Shown here: piece by piece, positions 38,070 through 53,605 of the stretch | Layout: every line of letters begins with the position of its first letter | Position numbering within the stretch: position 1 is the first letter of the stretch | Origin: Octopus vulgaris | Taxonomy: Eukaryota | Reading direction: 5' to 3' | Assembly: GCA_951406725.2 (NCBI GenBank) | Contig: OX597820.1 | Location: 34,286,001 to 34,350,000 of the forward strand | Length of the DNA: 64,000 nt | The notes under the pieces: generated by a model | The model's input: the letters and a program-made list of their open reading frames with translations, nothing else | Told to the model about the DNA's origin: nothing | Databases searched by the model: none | Translations under genes and position numbers: made by a program

Positions 38070-38545
38070 TCATCATCATCGTTTAACATCTGCTTTCCAT
38101 GCTAGCATGGGTTGGACGATTTGACTGAGATCTGGTGAACCAGATGGCTGCACCAGACTCCAATCTGATCTGGCAGAGTTTCTACAGCTAGATGCCCTTC
38201 CTAACGCCAACCACTCCGAGAGTGTAGTGGGTGCTTTTATGTGCCACCGGCATGAGCGCCAGTCAGGTGGTACTGGCAACGGCCACGCTCAAATGGTGCT
38301 TTTTATGTGCCACCTGCACAGGAACCAGTCCAGTGGCACTGGCAACGGCCTTGCTTGAATGTTTTTTCCCGTGTCACTAGCACAAGTGCCAGTAAGGTGA
38401 TGCGGGTAATGATCTTGCTTGAATGGTGTTTTTTATGTGCCACTGGCACGGAGGCCAGCTTGTTGCTCTGGCAACGATCATGCTCGTATGGTACTCTTAG
38501 CACTCCACTAGCACGGATGCCAGTCATCGAATTTGATTTCGATTT
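38070..38545 (-). mobile_element. Retroposon family C, long copy
   Basis: Colinear with 27776-28260. Confidence 0.85.
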
Positions 38546-39128
38546 CATATATATATTTATATATCAAATTAAATATTCATCTGAAAGAGTTACTAATAGT
38601 TTCATGCAATTATGATACTTGAACATGAATATTTATAAAATAACTCCATGTATCTTAAAGCAGTCTTTCAGGCTCTTTATATATATGTATGTGTGTGTGT
38701 ATAGACACACATATTATTCACATGTATGTATGGATGTGTTTGTGTATATGTATTTATATTATGTTGGTATGTATTTTGCACACGTGTGTGCATGTCTCTG
38801 CTCATTTTTGTCTATGTTTCGCACCTGTATATATTGCATGTCCTTGTCTTCCTCACCCGTACACTATCTCTTTCTTTCCTCTCTCTCTCTCCCTCACACA
38901 CATACACACACACTCTCTCTCACATGTGCACATACACACACACACACACACACATATGTAATTCATAGGTGTAGCCTCATAATGTTATGTTGATCTGAAG
39001 ATTATGTTAATGGTACACTCCTCTGTGGAATGCTTAGGCACTTATATGTTAATTTAATGAGGAGTTAATTAAATTGATGAAATACCGGAATACTCATTAT
39101 TGGAACTGATGGAGTATTTGACATGCAT

Positions 39129-39175
<47 letters not shown>

Positions 39176-40587
39176 CACATGCACAAAGTCCTTAGCTGGG
39201 AGTCATTAGAACATTGGATGGAATATTTTGTGCTGTTGGTTCTGACTCTCTATGCTCTGAGTTCAGTCCTTGCCAAGGTCAGGTGTGCTCTTTGTTGTTT
39301 CTGGTATGATAAACTACCTGTCCTATACTGGAGTGGCTCCCTCTTCTCTATCTCTTTCTCACTCACGCACACAACATCATTATCATCAATGTTTTATGCT
39401 GGCATGGTTTCAGGCATCTTGACAGAATCTGATCAATCCAAGGGTTGCATTATACCCCAATATTTGCTTTATCATGGTTTCTATAGCTGTATACCTTTCC
39501 TAATGTCAGCCAATTTACAGAAATTTCTAGGTGTCATTTTCCCCTTTTTGTGGCACCAGCACTAGTGAGGTAGCCAAACAGCTTGCAAGACTAAAATCTC
39601 TTTCAATTGAGTAACACTACAGTAGAGAGGGAGGTGGATCTTTGCTAAGAGATGAGAAAAGGTGCTAGAAGAGGAAGGTATTTTCCTGTAAAGGAGTTAC
39701 ATGGCTAATCACATTATACAAGAGAGGATGGGAGTGACTGAGATAGAGTGGGAAAGAGAAGTGTGAAAAGATGTTGGAGTGGACCCTCAGGATACAAATT
39801 TAGTAGAAGTGGGGATAGGAAAAGTTAATATTGCTGGCTGGTTGAGGTTGTAAGAGTACATGGGTGAGTGAGAGATTGGGGATGTGCTAGAGGGTGAATA
39901 TAATAGGTGTTGAGGAATGATAAGTAAGGAAGGTAGGGTAGAGTAGGTGAAAACTGTAAAAATTTGTTTGGGTTGATGGATAGAGATGGATGGTGGATTA
40001 GGGGTGGGATGACCAATAATTTTTCTCTGTGAAAATAATTGGCTGTGGCTGTGTGCCATTCTGGAGAGAAATGAGTTCCACCAGATTTCAAAATGGCTCA
40101 AAATATTACTTTTTTTCATGACAGCGTCACTATGGTTCTCTCAGGTGTTGAGAGTACTGCAACATGCACACCTTCCTGCACACAGGTCAGATGCTAGATA
40201 CTAACTTTGTTCATCATTTTTTTTGTGTTTGGAAAATTAAGATGGTGGAGGTGTTGCTATTGTTTAACCCCAGGTTGACCCTTATCAAACAGGCCTTCAA
40301 GCCATGACCGGCTCATCTTATTTCTAAGGAGTAAAAATGTATTCAGCTTCACATTATCTAGCATCATTTGTTTAAATTGAAACTGAGCTTGGCACAATAA
40401 TTGAGAAGCACTGCTGTACATAGTTGCTCAAGCTGCTAGAAATAACAGTCAAATCTCTCTAAAAGATAAGCAGCAGGACACCATTGGTAAACTCTTACAT
40501 TTTTCTGTACAGTAGCCCCATGGGAATGCATCTGTTCACCACTCCTGAAACAGCTGGTATCACAAGAATTGTAATTAATTACATTAA

Positions 40588-40809
40588 CCCTTTTGATACC
40601 AACCCGGCTGAAACTGCCTCTGGCTCTGTAGTACAAATGTCTTGTTTTCATAAGTTTTGAATTAAAATCTTCCACCAAACCTTAGTCACAATTTATGTTC
40701 CTAGCACCAGCTTAATGGTAACTAAGTTATTTTATTAAATTCTTTGTTATATTTAAAATTAATTGAAAGAAACACAGAGCATCTCAAAATAAATACAGTA
40801 ACAAAAGGG
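40588..40809. mobile_element. piggyBac-type MITE
   Basis: TTAA|cccttttgatac ... gtaacaaaaggg|TTAA. Confidence 0.85.
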
Positions 40810-42541
40810 TTAATTTTGAAGGAAGTTTGAAACTCTATGATGTAAGGGAGCAAGTTCTAATCCCTTCCTCTGTGCTTCATTTCTGTTCTTTGATAGAATC
40901 ATTACAAGACTGTACTTTTGACCAAAAAGATCTTGAACAGGACGTTAAAAGTTAACTGAAGAGCAATAAAAGAAAAGTGAGCTGTTACAGCTGGGATATC
41001 CTTGCCCCATGATCATTCATTTTTTTTTATTAGAACTGATGCAAAGCTAAATAATCTGCTCCTCCAAGATTCTGTTGCATTTATGGTAATTCCAGTCACC
41101 ACTTCCACTGCCACCAATGCCACCATGGAAACAATGATAAAATCCCTACATAGTCACTAGCCCTGCTAAAAACTGCAGCTAAATCTCCCTCAGATTACAC
41201 ACTAATAAAAGGACATGTTAATCAATGAAGCTCTAGATATATTGTGTTTGAAAAAGAGTAGATGGGATGGTCATGCCTGTAATGTCTATAATCAACTATA
41301 GACATACTCAATTAGGGCTGACAACAACAACAACAACAACAACTCTCTGGAAAACCAGAAGTTCCATGCCATTCTGCCTGTCTGTTTGTCTTGTACATAG
41401 ACATAAACATGTTGAATGCAGGGCTTATATCAGAAGTGTGTGTGTGTGTGTGTTGAATGTGTATATATGTGTTTATGCTTTCTTCTGTGTATGTGTATCT
41501 GGAACAATTGCTTGGACAAGATAGACTGGCTGCATGAAGCCTTTAGATTTGGTTTTGTAATGTTGGTTACCACACACACACACACACACAGGTGCATGTA
41601 AAATCACATGGGAAAATTATGCCATCTGGTTTATGAGATTTTCACTGTGTGTTCTGTAATAACCAGAATCCTCATTCTATCTATCCATAATGACCATTAT
41701 CCCTACTAACCTCTTTCCAGTCCCCTGCCCTCATCTCTCTCTCTCTTTCTCTACTTGTCTCTTACTCTTTATAGCTCTCTCTCTCTCTTCATCTGAATAT
41801 GTATCTCTTTTGCTTTCTGTCTCTTCCCATCAACCTGTGTATGTATCTTTTTCTCTCTCTATCCCTTCTTTTCTCTCTAAGTGTGTGTGTATGGTTGTGT
41901 ATTTGTATCTCTTTCTCTCTCCTTTATCTGTGTATGATGGTGGTGGTGGTGGGGGGCAGTATGTGTCCTCCTCTCTCTCAGTCTTTATGTTTCTCTTTCT
42001 TTCTCTTGCACTTTAACACTCTCCTCTCCCTCTCTGCCTTTAACATTCCACTTTCCTCTTCCCTCTCTCCCCCTTTTCCATCCTATATGATTCTTCTCTC
42101 TCTCTCTCTGTAAAATTCCTTCTTCTTTTCTCTCTATGTTTGGTGTCTGTCTCTCAATATCTCTCCCTTTTTCCATTCCTTCCCAATCTCACTCATCTCT
42201 TCCCCTCTCTCTCACTGTAACACCCCCTCTCTATCTTACTTCTCTCTTTCTAATGTACCCCACCTTTTCTATGTCTTTCTGTCTGTCTGTATTCATATTT
42301 CTCCCCTTCACTTCTATCTCATTTCTCACTCTCTTTCTCTAATGCTCCCTTCTCCTTCTTTCTCTCTCTCATCACCTTCACACTGAGGGATGGATGGATG
42401 GAGGGAGGGAGGGAGGCACTATTACAGTAATATCTCTGTGTACATCTCAATGTCTTGTATTGATGTGTCCACTAAAAACAAGTTAGGATTGCAGTTGATA
42501 ATTGCACACCACAGTCCACTCTACTGGCAGCAACATAGCAA

Positions 42542-42576
<35 letters not shown>

Positions 42577-43199
42577 AATTTCATATTTCATCATAATCAT
42601 CATACTTATTACCATCACTAGTATACTTGTAATAATGATTTTGAATTTTGTCGTGGTGAAATGTATCTCTGGCATGTTCCTAAGAAGAAGAAATATAGTC
42701 AAGTAAAGTGACCCTAGTAATTGACTTACCCTGGGTCAGAGTAGACCTGAAAACAGTAGTGCTTAAGAGGTGGTTCCACACTTGTCAAAGCCCTGGAACC
42801 AGGACCCCACTACTAGATGCAGTTTAAGGTCGTACCCATGATCAACAGATATATACAAAATATGTGCTGGTGGCATGTAAAAAGCATTGACCGATCGTGG
42901 CTGCTGCCAGCCTACCCTGGCACATAAAAAGCACCCACTACACTCATGGAGTGGTTGGCGTTAGGAAGGGCATCCAGCTGTAGAAACATTGGCTCACCAG
43001 TCCTCAGTCAAACTGTCCAACCCATGCCAGTTTGGAAAGCAGACATTAAACGATGAACGATGATGATGATGATGGCATCATCTCCAGAGAGAACTGTCAC
43101 CAAGCGCCAGTCAAAGGAACCTACAGATCAAGGTTTGCTCCGACTGCTAAATGTAAAGTGCCCTTTCTCAGCCCTTATTCACTAACTTATAGGTGTTTC

Positions 43200-43490
43200 C
43201 TGAGAACCAAGACAATTACTTTACTCATGTTCACCACTCCCATATGCTGTTTAGTAGAGTGCAGCACTTCCCTCTCCACTGGAGTAAAGTGATACTTGAT
43301 GAAGTCAATGATGTCTTGTATAAAGAAGAAAATGTCTGTCACTACACAATCATCTTCTTGCTTGTCCTGGGCAAATGGAAGTGTTGAAATAATTTTCATG
43401 ATGGACTTGGCCAATGACTAACTAGATGCAGCTGCATCCTGCACATGACAGAGACTGTGCATCAAAACTGCAATAGTCAACAATTCTTAA
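43200..43490 (-). pseudogene. Decayed reverse-transcriptase fragment, possibly Penelope-like
   Basis: Across frameshifts the minus strand gives YCSFDAQSL, HVQDA, IQDIIDFIK and LQWRGK. This order matches recalled PLE RT segments (SFDVxSL...VP...YFQWxGKFY). Confidence 0.4.
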
Positions 43491-44575
43491 GCACTGAATT
43501 AAATGGATTCTAAAAAGTTTTTGTCGCTCTGTCCATATTGTAGACAGTTTCTAATGGTTGATTGCCTAGTTAGAAATAGCAGTTAGGTCTGTCATCTTTA
43601 ACTAAAGAAGGCAACATTAGGTAATGATTTAGTTTTGAATATACTAGCCTGGAAAAGAGATGGGATGGGCATAGTTGGGCTACCTTTGATCAGAGGGCTT
43701 GTACCCTTGGTGGTCAGAGATAATCTGGATCTGTGGTGTTCCTTAACTGATTCTAGTTGGAAGTTTTCCTATATCAGGGGGAATGCATCATCCATGTCCA
43801 CACAGATTTTGTATACTATATATAATTTAATCTTGTTTCCTGTTCTTCCTCTCTTCATTCTATGTAAATACTTATGCAAATTGTAAATGCTCCTTGTGAT
43901 GTCCCCTCATCCGATGCACCAGTGGCAAATAAAAGACATCATGGTGGTGGTATTGAGGTGGCAGAGTTGTTGGAGTATTGGACAAAATCCTCAAAAATAT
44001 TTGTTTCCAGTTTTTATGTTCTGAGTTCAAATCCTGCAGAGGTTAAATTTTGCCCTTTCATTCTTTCGGGGTGGGGGTGGAGGTCAATAAAATTTGTTCT
44101 ACTCAAGTTGTTGGGTTTGATGAAAATCGACTGACCTCACCCCCTCAAATTTTAGCCCTTGTCCATATATATTAGTAGTTGTCATTGTAATAACGAAAAC
44201 AGGTTAAGAAACATTCTTCTTTACCCCATGAAGTCTTAAACTGAATTTCATCATCATCATTATCATCATTTAACATCTGTCTTCCATCCTGGTATAGGTT
44301 GGAGGGTTTGACAGAAGCTGGCAAGCCGGAGGACTGCACCAAGCCCCATTATCTGCTTTTGCATGGTTTCCATGGCTGGATGCCATTCCTAATGCCAATC
44401 ACTCTACAGAGTGGACTGGGTGCCTTTAACGTGGTCCCTGATAATCTTTTTTTTTCATTGCTGGTGGTAGTGGTGATGGTGTAGTATAGTTGACTAGTTC
44501 TTTATCTTATTGACCCTAGGAGAATAACAGCTAGTGTTAACCTTGGTGGGATTTGAACTCAGAATGTAAGGGATA

Positions 44576-44909
44576 CTCTCTTTTACTTGTTTCAGTCATT
44601 TGACTGCGGCCATGCTGGAGCATCGCCTTTAGTCAAGCAAATCGACCCCGGGACTTATTCTTTGTAAGCCCAGTACTTATTCTATCAGTCTCTTTTGCCG
44701 AACCGCTAAGTGACGGGGACGTAAACACACCAGCATCGGTTGTCAAACAATGCTTGGGGGACAAACACAAACACACACACATACACATACATTTATATAT
44801 ATATATATATACGACAGGCTTCTTTCAGTTTCTGTCTACCAAATCCACTCACAAAGCATTGATCGGCCCGGGGCTATAGCAGAAGACACTTGCCCAAGAT
44901 GCCACGCAG
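44576..44909 (-). mobile_element. SINE family B lacking most of the tRNA head
   Basis: Close reverse complement of the body of 46078-46470. Confidence 0.85.
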
Positions 44910-45830
44910 GATGTAGTTAAATACTGCAAAGTATTTTGTCCAGCTCTCGAATGATTCTACCAATATGCAATGCTAATGACTTATTTTTTTCCATACAAGA
45001 CCTGAAATTTAGTGGGTGTATGTGTGTGTGTAGTGGTTTCTCTATTGCGTATCTGTGTCAGTGCATGTGAGTGGGAATGAGTGAGGGTGCATACATATCT
45101 GTATGCGCTTGTATGCATGAGTGTCTGTAGATGTGTGTGTGTGTGTTTGTGCGCATTTATATATACTGTGTGTATGATGGAGAGTGCGTAATTTGGGAAT
45201 GTATTTCTGTACAAGCCATCATATGTGTAGATGTGTACCTGCATGTATGCATGTGTGTGTATGTGTGTGTGTGTGTGTGTGTGTGTAAATGAAGCTAAAA
45301 CTATAAATCTTTACCATACTAAATGGTTTTTTTATGGAAATCATGAAAGCAATATTCTGACTACAGCTTTGACATCTGACCACAGTGGCAGGCAGACAAA
45401 GACACCTTTTTGTTTTAAAAAATGTTTTTAACTCGCTGGTACTAGAAGAGGTATATTGACGTTGTTATATTCCTCATAAGCCATAGCAAACCAACACCTG
45501 TAGGGAGAGAATTCCTGAGGGTTCATGCTCTAGGAAAGGATTGGACATACTAATTAACCCAGGGCCTGGGAATGGTGTACACAACAAGACAAGTGGATTG
45601 CAAAGGCTTGAGTTAAGGTGGGTATGAGCCCAGCAGATTTTGAGGAAGAGAAGGCATTGTAGTAGCTGTAGTTAAAATCAGCCACTACACTCTCGGAGTG
45701 GTTGGCGTTAGGAAGGGCATCCAGCTGTAGAAACCCTGCCAGATCAAGATTGGAGCCTGGTGCAGCTATCTGGTTCACTAGTCCTCGGTCAAATCGTCCA
45801 ACCCATGCTAGCATGGAAAGCGGACGTTAA

Positions 45831-46051
45831 CCCTTTAGCATTTAAACCGGCCATATCCGGCCAAAAGTATTCAGCCTGTTTTATGGTCAAACTGGCCAGA
45901 TCTGGTCTCTTACACCAACCCTACAATATCGTTTTAAAAATGAACAGCTACCTCATCAAAATCTCATAGCTACAAGATGATGCATGATTAGTTCAAAACA
46001 ATGTGGATAAAAAAGCATTAATTTTGGCAGAATAATGTGAACACTAGAGGG
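45831..46051 (+). mobile_element. piggyBac-type MITE, family D
   Basis: TTAA is duplicated at 45827-45830 and 46052-46055, splitting the family C tail gcggacgTTAAacgatgatgat. Confidence 0.9.
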
Positions 46052-46077
46052 TTAAACGATGATGATATATATATATC

Positions 46078-46470
46078 AGGAGTGGCTGTGTGGTAAGTAG
46101 CTTGCTAACCAACCACATGGTTCTGGGTTCAGTCCCACTGCGTGGAATCTTGGGCAAGTGTCTTCTGCTATAGCCCCGGGCCGACCAATGCCTTGTGAGT
46201 GGATTTGGTAGACGGAAACTGAAAGATGCCTGTCGTATATATGTATATATATATGTGTGTGTGTGTGTTTGTATGTCTGTGTTTGTCCCCCTAGCATTGC
46301 TTGACAACCGATGCTGGTGTGTTTACGTCCCCGTCACTTAGCGGTTCAGCAAAAGAGACCGATAGAATAAGTACTGGGCTTACAAAGAATAAGTACCGGG
46401 GTCGATTTGCTTGACTAAAGGCAGTGCTCCAGCATGGCCGCAGTCAAATGACTGAAACAAGTAAAAGAAA
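46078..46470 (+). mobile_element. SINE family B, full length
   Basis: Matches 21763-22156. Confidence 0.9.
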
Positions 46471-46871
46471 AAAAGAAAGAAAAAGAATATATATATTTGT
46501 TCTTTCAGTGTCTAAGTTTCCGTGCTATCATGGAATGAACAGGAACATATTTCAGGCAAGCAGATGATCCTCTTTTGTCACCAATGCTTACCAGTTTTTC
46601 AAGACAGGAATTTAAAAAAAATTCTGCTAGTCTTCAAAAGCACAGAGTGATTGATCTTAATGTCAACAAGGAATGTAAACATCACTCACCACCATTTCCA
46701 ACATTCATGCATATTTGCATGTGTGCATGCACACATGTGTAAATATATATAACCATCGTCATCATCTTAACTCTTTAAGTGTTTAAACCACCTGTGTCTG
46801 GCCCAAATATTCTACCTGTCTTATGTTCAGATCGGCCAGATCTGGCCTCTCACACCTATCCTACAAAGTCA

Positions 46872-47277
46872 GTGGCTGTGTGGTAAGTAGCTTGCTTACC
46901 AACCACGTGGTTCCGGGTTCATTCCCACTGCGTGGAACCTTGGGCAAGTGTATTCTACTATAGCCTTGGGCCGACCAAAGCCTTGGGCCGACCAAAGCCT
47001 TGTGAGTGGATTTGGTAGACGGAAACTGAAAGAAGCCTGTCGTATATATGTGTGTGTGTGTGTATGTATATGTTTGTGTGTTTGTGTTTGTCCCCCCAAC
47101 ATCACTTCACAACCGATGGTGGTGTGCTTATGTCCCCGTAAATTAGCGGTTCGGCTAAAGAGACCAATAGAATAAGTACTAAGCTTCCAAAGAATAAGTC
47201 CTGGGGGCGATTTGCTCGATTAAAGGTGGTGCTCCAGCATGGCCGCAGTCAAATGACTGAAACAAGTAAAAGAGTAA
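46872..47277 (+). mobile_element. SINE family B with an 18-bp internal duplication
   Basis: Matches 21763-22156; ccttgggccgaccaaag occurs twice in tandem. Confidence 0.9.
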
Positions 47278-47716
47278 AGCGTAGATATTGTTGAGATCTC
47301 AATGTTACAATACAGTGCATGATTAATTGAAAACAATGGCGATAGATAATAATACTTTTAACAGAGTACTCATAATGCTAAAGAGTTAAATATACATATA
47401 TACTCATACATACACATACACACACACACACATATACATATATAAACATATATGACAGGATTCATGCAGTTTCTGACTTAACGTATTCTTTGGTCCAGGG
47501 TGAAAGTCAAATATTTACCTAAGATGCTGAACTTGAAATCATCTTGTTGTGGAGCAAATTTCTTGACAACAAAACTATGTCTGCACCTGTGTGTGCTGGG
47601 TTATGATGGGCAAATGAGAAAGAGTGCTCAATATATTTTGTCGAGGATATGGATTTTTATTGAAACTGAAACTTATGTCATAAAACAAACTCTCAGTGTC
47701 TATGTACATGTGTGTA

Positions 47717-47761
<45 letters not shown>

Positions 47762-47779
47762 CTGTTATTTTTATATTAT

Positions 47780-47812
<33 letters not shown>

Positions 47813-47969
47813 ATGTATACATATGCATACAAATGTATATATACTTACTCTCACACAAATATGTTTATATACATACTCTCACACGAACATATATATATAT
47901 GTGTGTATGCATGTATATATATGTGTATATGTGTGTGTGTGTGTATATATATATAAAATATTATATATG

Positions 47970-48007
<38 letters not shown>

Positions 48008-48164
48008 GTATAATGTATATGCACATATATATATATATAATTGATATGCACACACACACACACACACATATATAAATATATATATATATATAGATATAGA
48101 TATATAATGTATATGCATATATATATATATAAGATATAATATATGTGTATATATATTATATATA

Positions 48165-48196
<32 letters not shown>

Positions 48197-48618
48197 TTAT
48201 TATGTAAGTATATTAGCATAATGTAACTACTTCATTGACAATTTGTTATTCATGAATGAAGTATGAGCAGACAGAGACAGAGAGGAGAAAATCTGCTGAT
48301 GGCAGTGGTGGGGGGATGAGGAGTAAGTTCATGTGTATGTATTAATGTGTGTACGCATGTATGTGTGCACACGTGTGTGCGTGTCTGGGTGGGTAAAGGG
48401 TGGAAGCACTAATGAATTAGCGCAGGGCCGGAACCTGAAACAAGTTTGACACCATTTTAGAAGGAAGAACGGAAACAACAACAACAACAACAACCATATA
48501 CTCATTAAAGTATATTTTCCTTCGAGGAGAACACTTTGATTGTCGATGCAGTAAGCATTGTGGTGTGTGTAATGTAGTTATTCTGAGAGCTGGGTGTTAT
48601 GTTTAATGTAGTAATACA

Positions 48619-48665
<47 letters not shown>

Positions 48666-48864
48666 TCATCATCATCATTGTTTACTGTCCACTTTCCATG
48701 CTGGCATAGGTTGGAAGATTTGACTGAGGAATGGCGAGCCATATGGCTGCACCAGGTTCCAAACTGTTCTGGCAGAGTTTCTAGAGCTGGGTGCCCTTCA
48801 TAACGCTAACCACTCCAAGAATGTAGTAGGTGCTTTTACATACATATGTGTGCGCGCGTGCACA

Positions 48865-48902
<38 letters not shown>

Positions 48903-49660
48903 AGTGTGGAACAGTATAGTTTGCATGAAGCATTGTCTGCTATATACCTGTAAATGCATCTGTGTACTTACAAGAAATAACATAAGTGGCTTTGTTCTTT
49001 TACTTTGTATTTCGCTTTTTCAGAGTTAAGACTCCTTCATCAGGAAATCTTCCTGAAGAAGGGTTCCTAACCATTAACTTGTACTATTTCTTATATTTCT
49101 TGCATCCTTTTGGTTTTCTAAAAAAAGGAATTAGAAACATTAATATCAATCATGTTCCATAGAATTTCTTGTCACTTTTGTATCATGTTTTACTGCTTCA
49201 GTTCAGTTGTTGTTTGCACTCGGCAGTCATCACTGGAATTTCATGGTATTTGAGGAAACCATAGCTCAAAAATGTGTAATATTTAACATATACACAGCTC
49301 TGTGAAACTTCATTTGTGAGTATTGAATACTCATGGTAACTTTACAGAAATTTTCCATGTTTGTATGAGTTGCAAAGTTTGATAGCAACCTTAGAAAACC
49401 ACATCTTATTCCAGTGTCTAAGTTTTGACCCGCTTTCTAAGGCTAGATATCCTTCCTGACTCCAACCACATTACAGAGTGCATTTTTTCATGGAACCAGC
49501 TTTTTAGAGGTTGCTTTGTCATCAACAAGACTAAAGAGGCCTTGCATGGTGGATGGTACAAACTTAATATGGTGAAGATGTTAGTGGAAAGAATAAGAAT
49601 GGACAGTATTGGAGTAAGAGTATTATGTATATATGCTTTACACATGGTGATGTAAAATAT

Positions 49661-50027
49661 ACTCTTTTACTTGTTTCAGTCACTTGACTGCGGCCATGCT
49701 GAAGCATTGCCTTTTAGTCGAGCAAATCAACCCCAGGACTTATTCTTTGTAAGCCTAGTACGTATTCTATCAGTCTCTTTTGCCGAACCGCTATGTTATG
49801 GGGATGTAAACACACCAACATTGGTTGTCAAGCAATGTTGGGGGGACAAACACAGGCACACACACATATACATGATGGGCTTCTTTCAGTTTCCCTCTAC
49901 CAAATCCACTTACAAGGCTTTGGTTGGCCTGAGGCTATAGTAGAAGACACTTGCCCAAAGTGCCACACAGTGGGACTGAACCTGGAATCATGTGGCTGGT
50001 AAGCAAGCTACTTACCACACAGCCACA
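49661..50027 (-). mobile_element. SINE family B
   Basis: Reverse complement of 21763-22156. Confidence 0.9.
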
Positions 50028-50734
50028 TTACATACATCTCTCTCTCTCTCTCTCTGGCCAGGTAACCATATACCTCCTCTACAGCAAGACACCTGTTTCT
50101 GTCTCTCTGTCACACTCTAACCTTTCATCATCTGGCACAAGATCACCTCCTCCAATGCTCCTTTCCTTCTCAAAGGATCTTTGTTTTGCAAGTTACTTGG
50201 TGACCCTGTCTGTGCTGGTGCCACATAAAAAGTACTCAGTCTACTCTGTGGGATGGTTGGTGTTAGGAAGGGCATCAAACTGTAAAAACCTTGTCAAAAA
50301 CAAACACAGAAGTCCAGTGCAATCTTCTGCCTGACTAGCTTTTGTCAAACCATCCAGCCCATGCCAGCATGGAAAATGGACATTAAATTATGATGATGAT
50401 GATACATAGATGTGTTTGCGTATGTGTAACTACATATACGCATGTGCATACACACTTATTTATGTATTAGAAACAGAACTAATAAGGTAAAAATGTAAAT
50501 TGATACAATAAAAAACATAAGAAGCTAATTATTTTTTCACTTAATGTTGAAGAGTTATCTAGAAGTGGGAAATTAAATTGTTTTGTATGTATATGTAAAA
50601 ACAATGTGTATATGTGTACATAAAATTAATACTAGGGGTTTGAAGTAGACAAGGCTAGTTTTTAAAACCATATATATATATACATATAAAACCATATATA
50701 TATATATATATACATATAAAACCATATATATATA

Positions 50735-51127
50735 GGCACAGGAGTGGTTGTGTGGTAAGTAGCTTGCTAACCAACCACATGGTTCCGGGTTCAGTCCCAC
50801 TGTGTGACATCTTGGGCAAGTGTCTTCTGCTATAGCCCTGGGCCGACCAATGCCTTGTGAGTGGATTTGGTAGACGGAAACTGAAAGAAGCCCCTCGTAT
50901 ATATGTATATATAAATATATATATATATGTATGTGTGTGTGTTTGTGTGTCTGTGTTTGTCCCCCTAGCATTGCTTGACAACCGATGCCGGTGTGTTTAT
51001 GTCCCCGTTACTTAGCGGTTCGGCAAAAGAGACTGATACAAAAGAATAAGTCCCGGGGTCGATTTGCTCGATTAAAGGCGATGCTCCAGCATGGCCGCAG
51101 TCAAATGACTGAAACAAGTAAAAGAGT
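50735..51127 (+). mobile_element. SINE family B
   Basis: Matches 46078-46470. Confidence 0.9.
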
Positions 51128-52027
51128 ATATATATATCGTGTGTGTGTGTGTGTGTGTGTATATATGCATACAAACACACATATACACACATTGCCATTT
51201 AACATCCATTTTTCCATGCTTGTATCACTCAGACTGTGTATGTTGAAGCAGATTTTCTATGTCACTCGTTTCCAAAGAAGGTAATATATTCCTGTAAATG
51301 GCCAGGTTTACATGGAAGATGTGATGCAACTGACACAGCTTGTATGACAGTCACGCTCGTTTACAGCTAACATGCAGTGTTCAACATGAAGACACATACA
51401 CACACTCATGCATACACAACTAACTTTCAGTTTATGTCTATCAAATCCACCCACTAGAACCCACTCGCTCAAGGTGTAACTAAACCCAAAACCACATAGA
51501 TGGCAAGCCAACTTCTTAAACATGCTGAGGCACTGCCAACCATGTTGCTACATCTTCATTAATCTTCCTTTAAGGGTTGGCATTTGGTGAATGAGGGTGT
51601 TTGATGCTGCTGTCCCTCATTTAGTTTTGAAGACATGTATATCTATCACATATAGGTCTCTCAGCTCCTTCAGGAGGATATTGGAAAGCCATGGGCCCTT
51701 GAATCTCAAGGGCCCACTGTATCTTACCCTATATTTTGACAGCAGGGAGGGAGGGATTTAGGGCACTATGCAATGGTACCCTATTCTGGCTTTTACTCGT
51801 TGTTTTTATGTCAAGCTTTACATAAAAAAAAAAAAACATTTTGCATTAAACTGGACTGTTTAATTTTTTTTTAAAGAGTACACGCTTATTTAACTTTTAA
51901 AAGGTAAAGGTTGACAGGGACTTTGAAGTTTCTGTGTGCTCACATTTGTCAGAGGCTCGTTTAACTTCAAAGTTACTGTCAAACTTTTCATTGTAGAAGT
52001 TCAATATACACACAGAGTCACATATTT

Positions 52028-53605
<1,578 letters not shown>

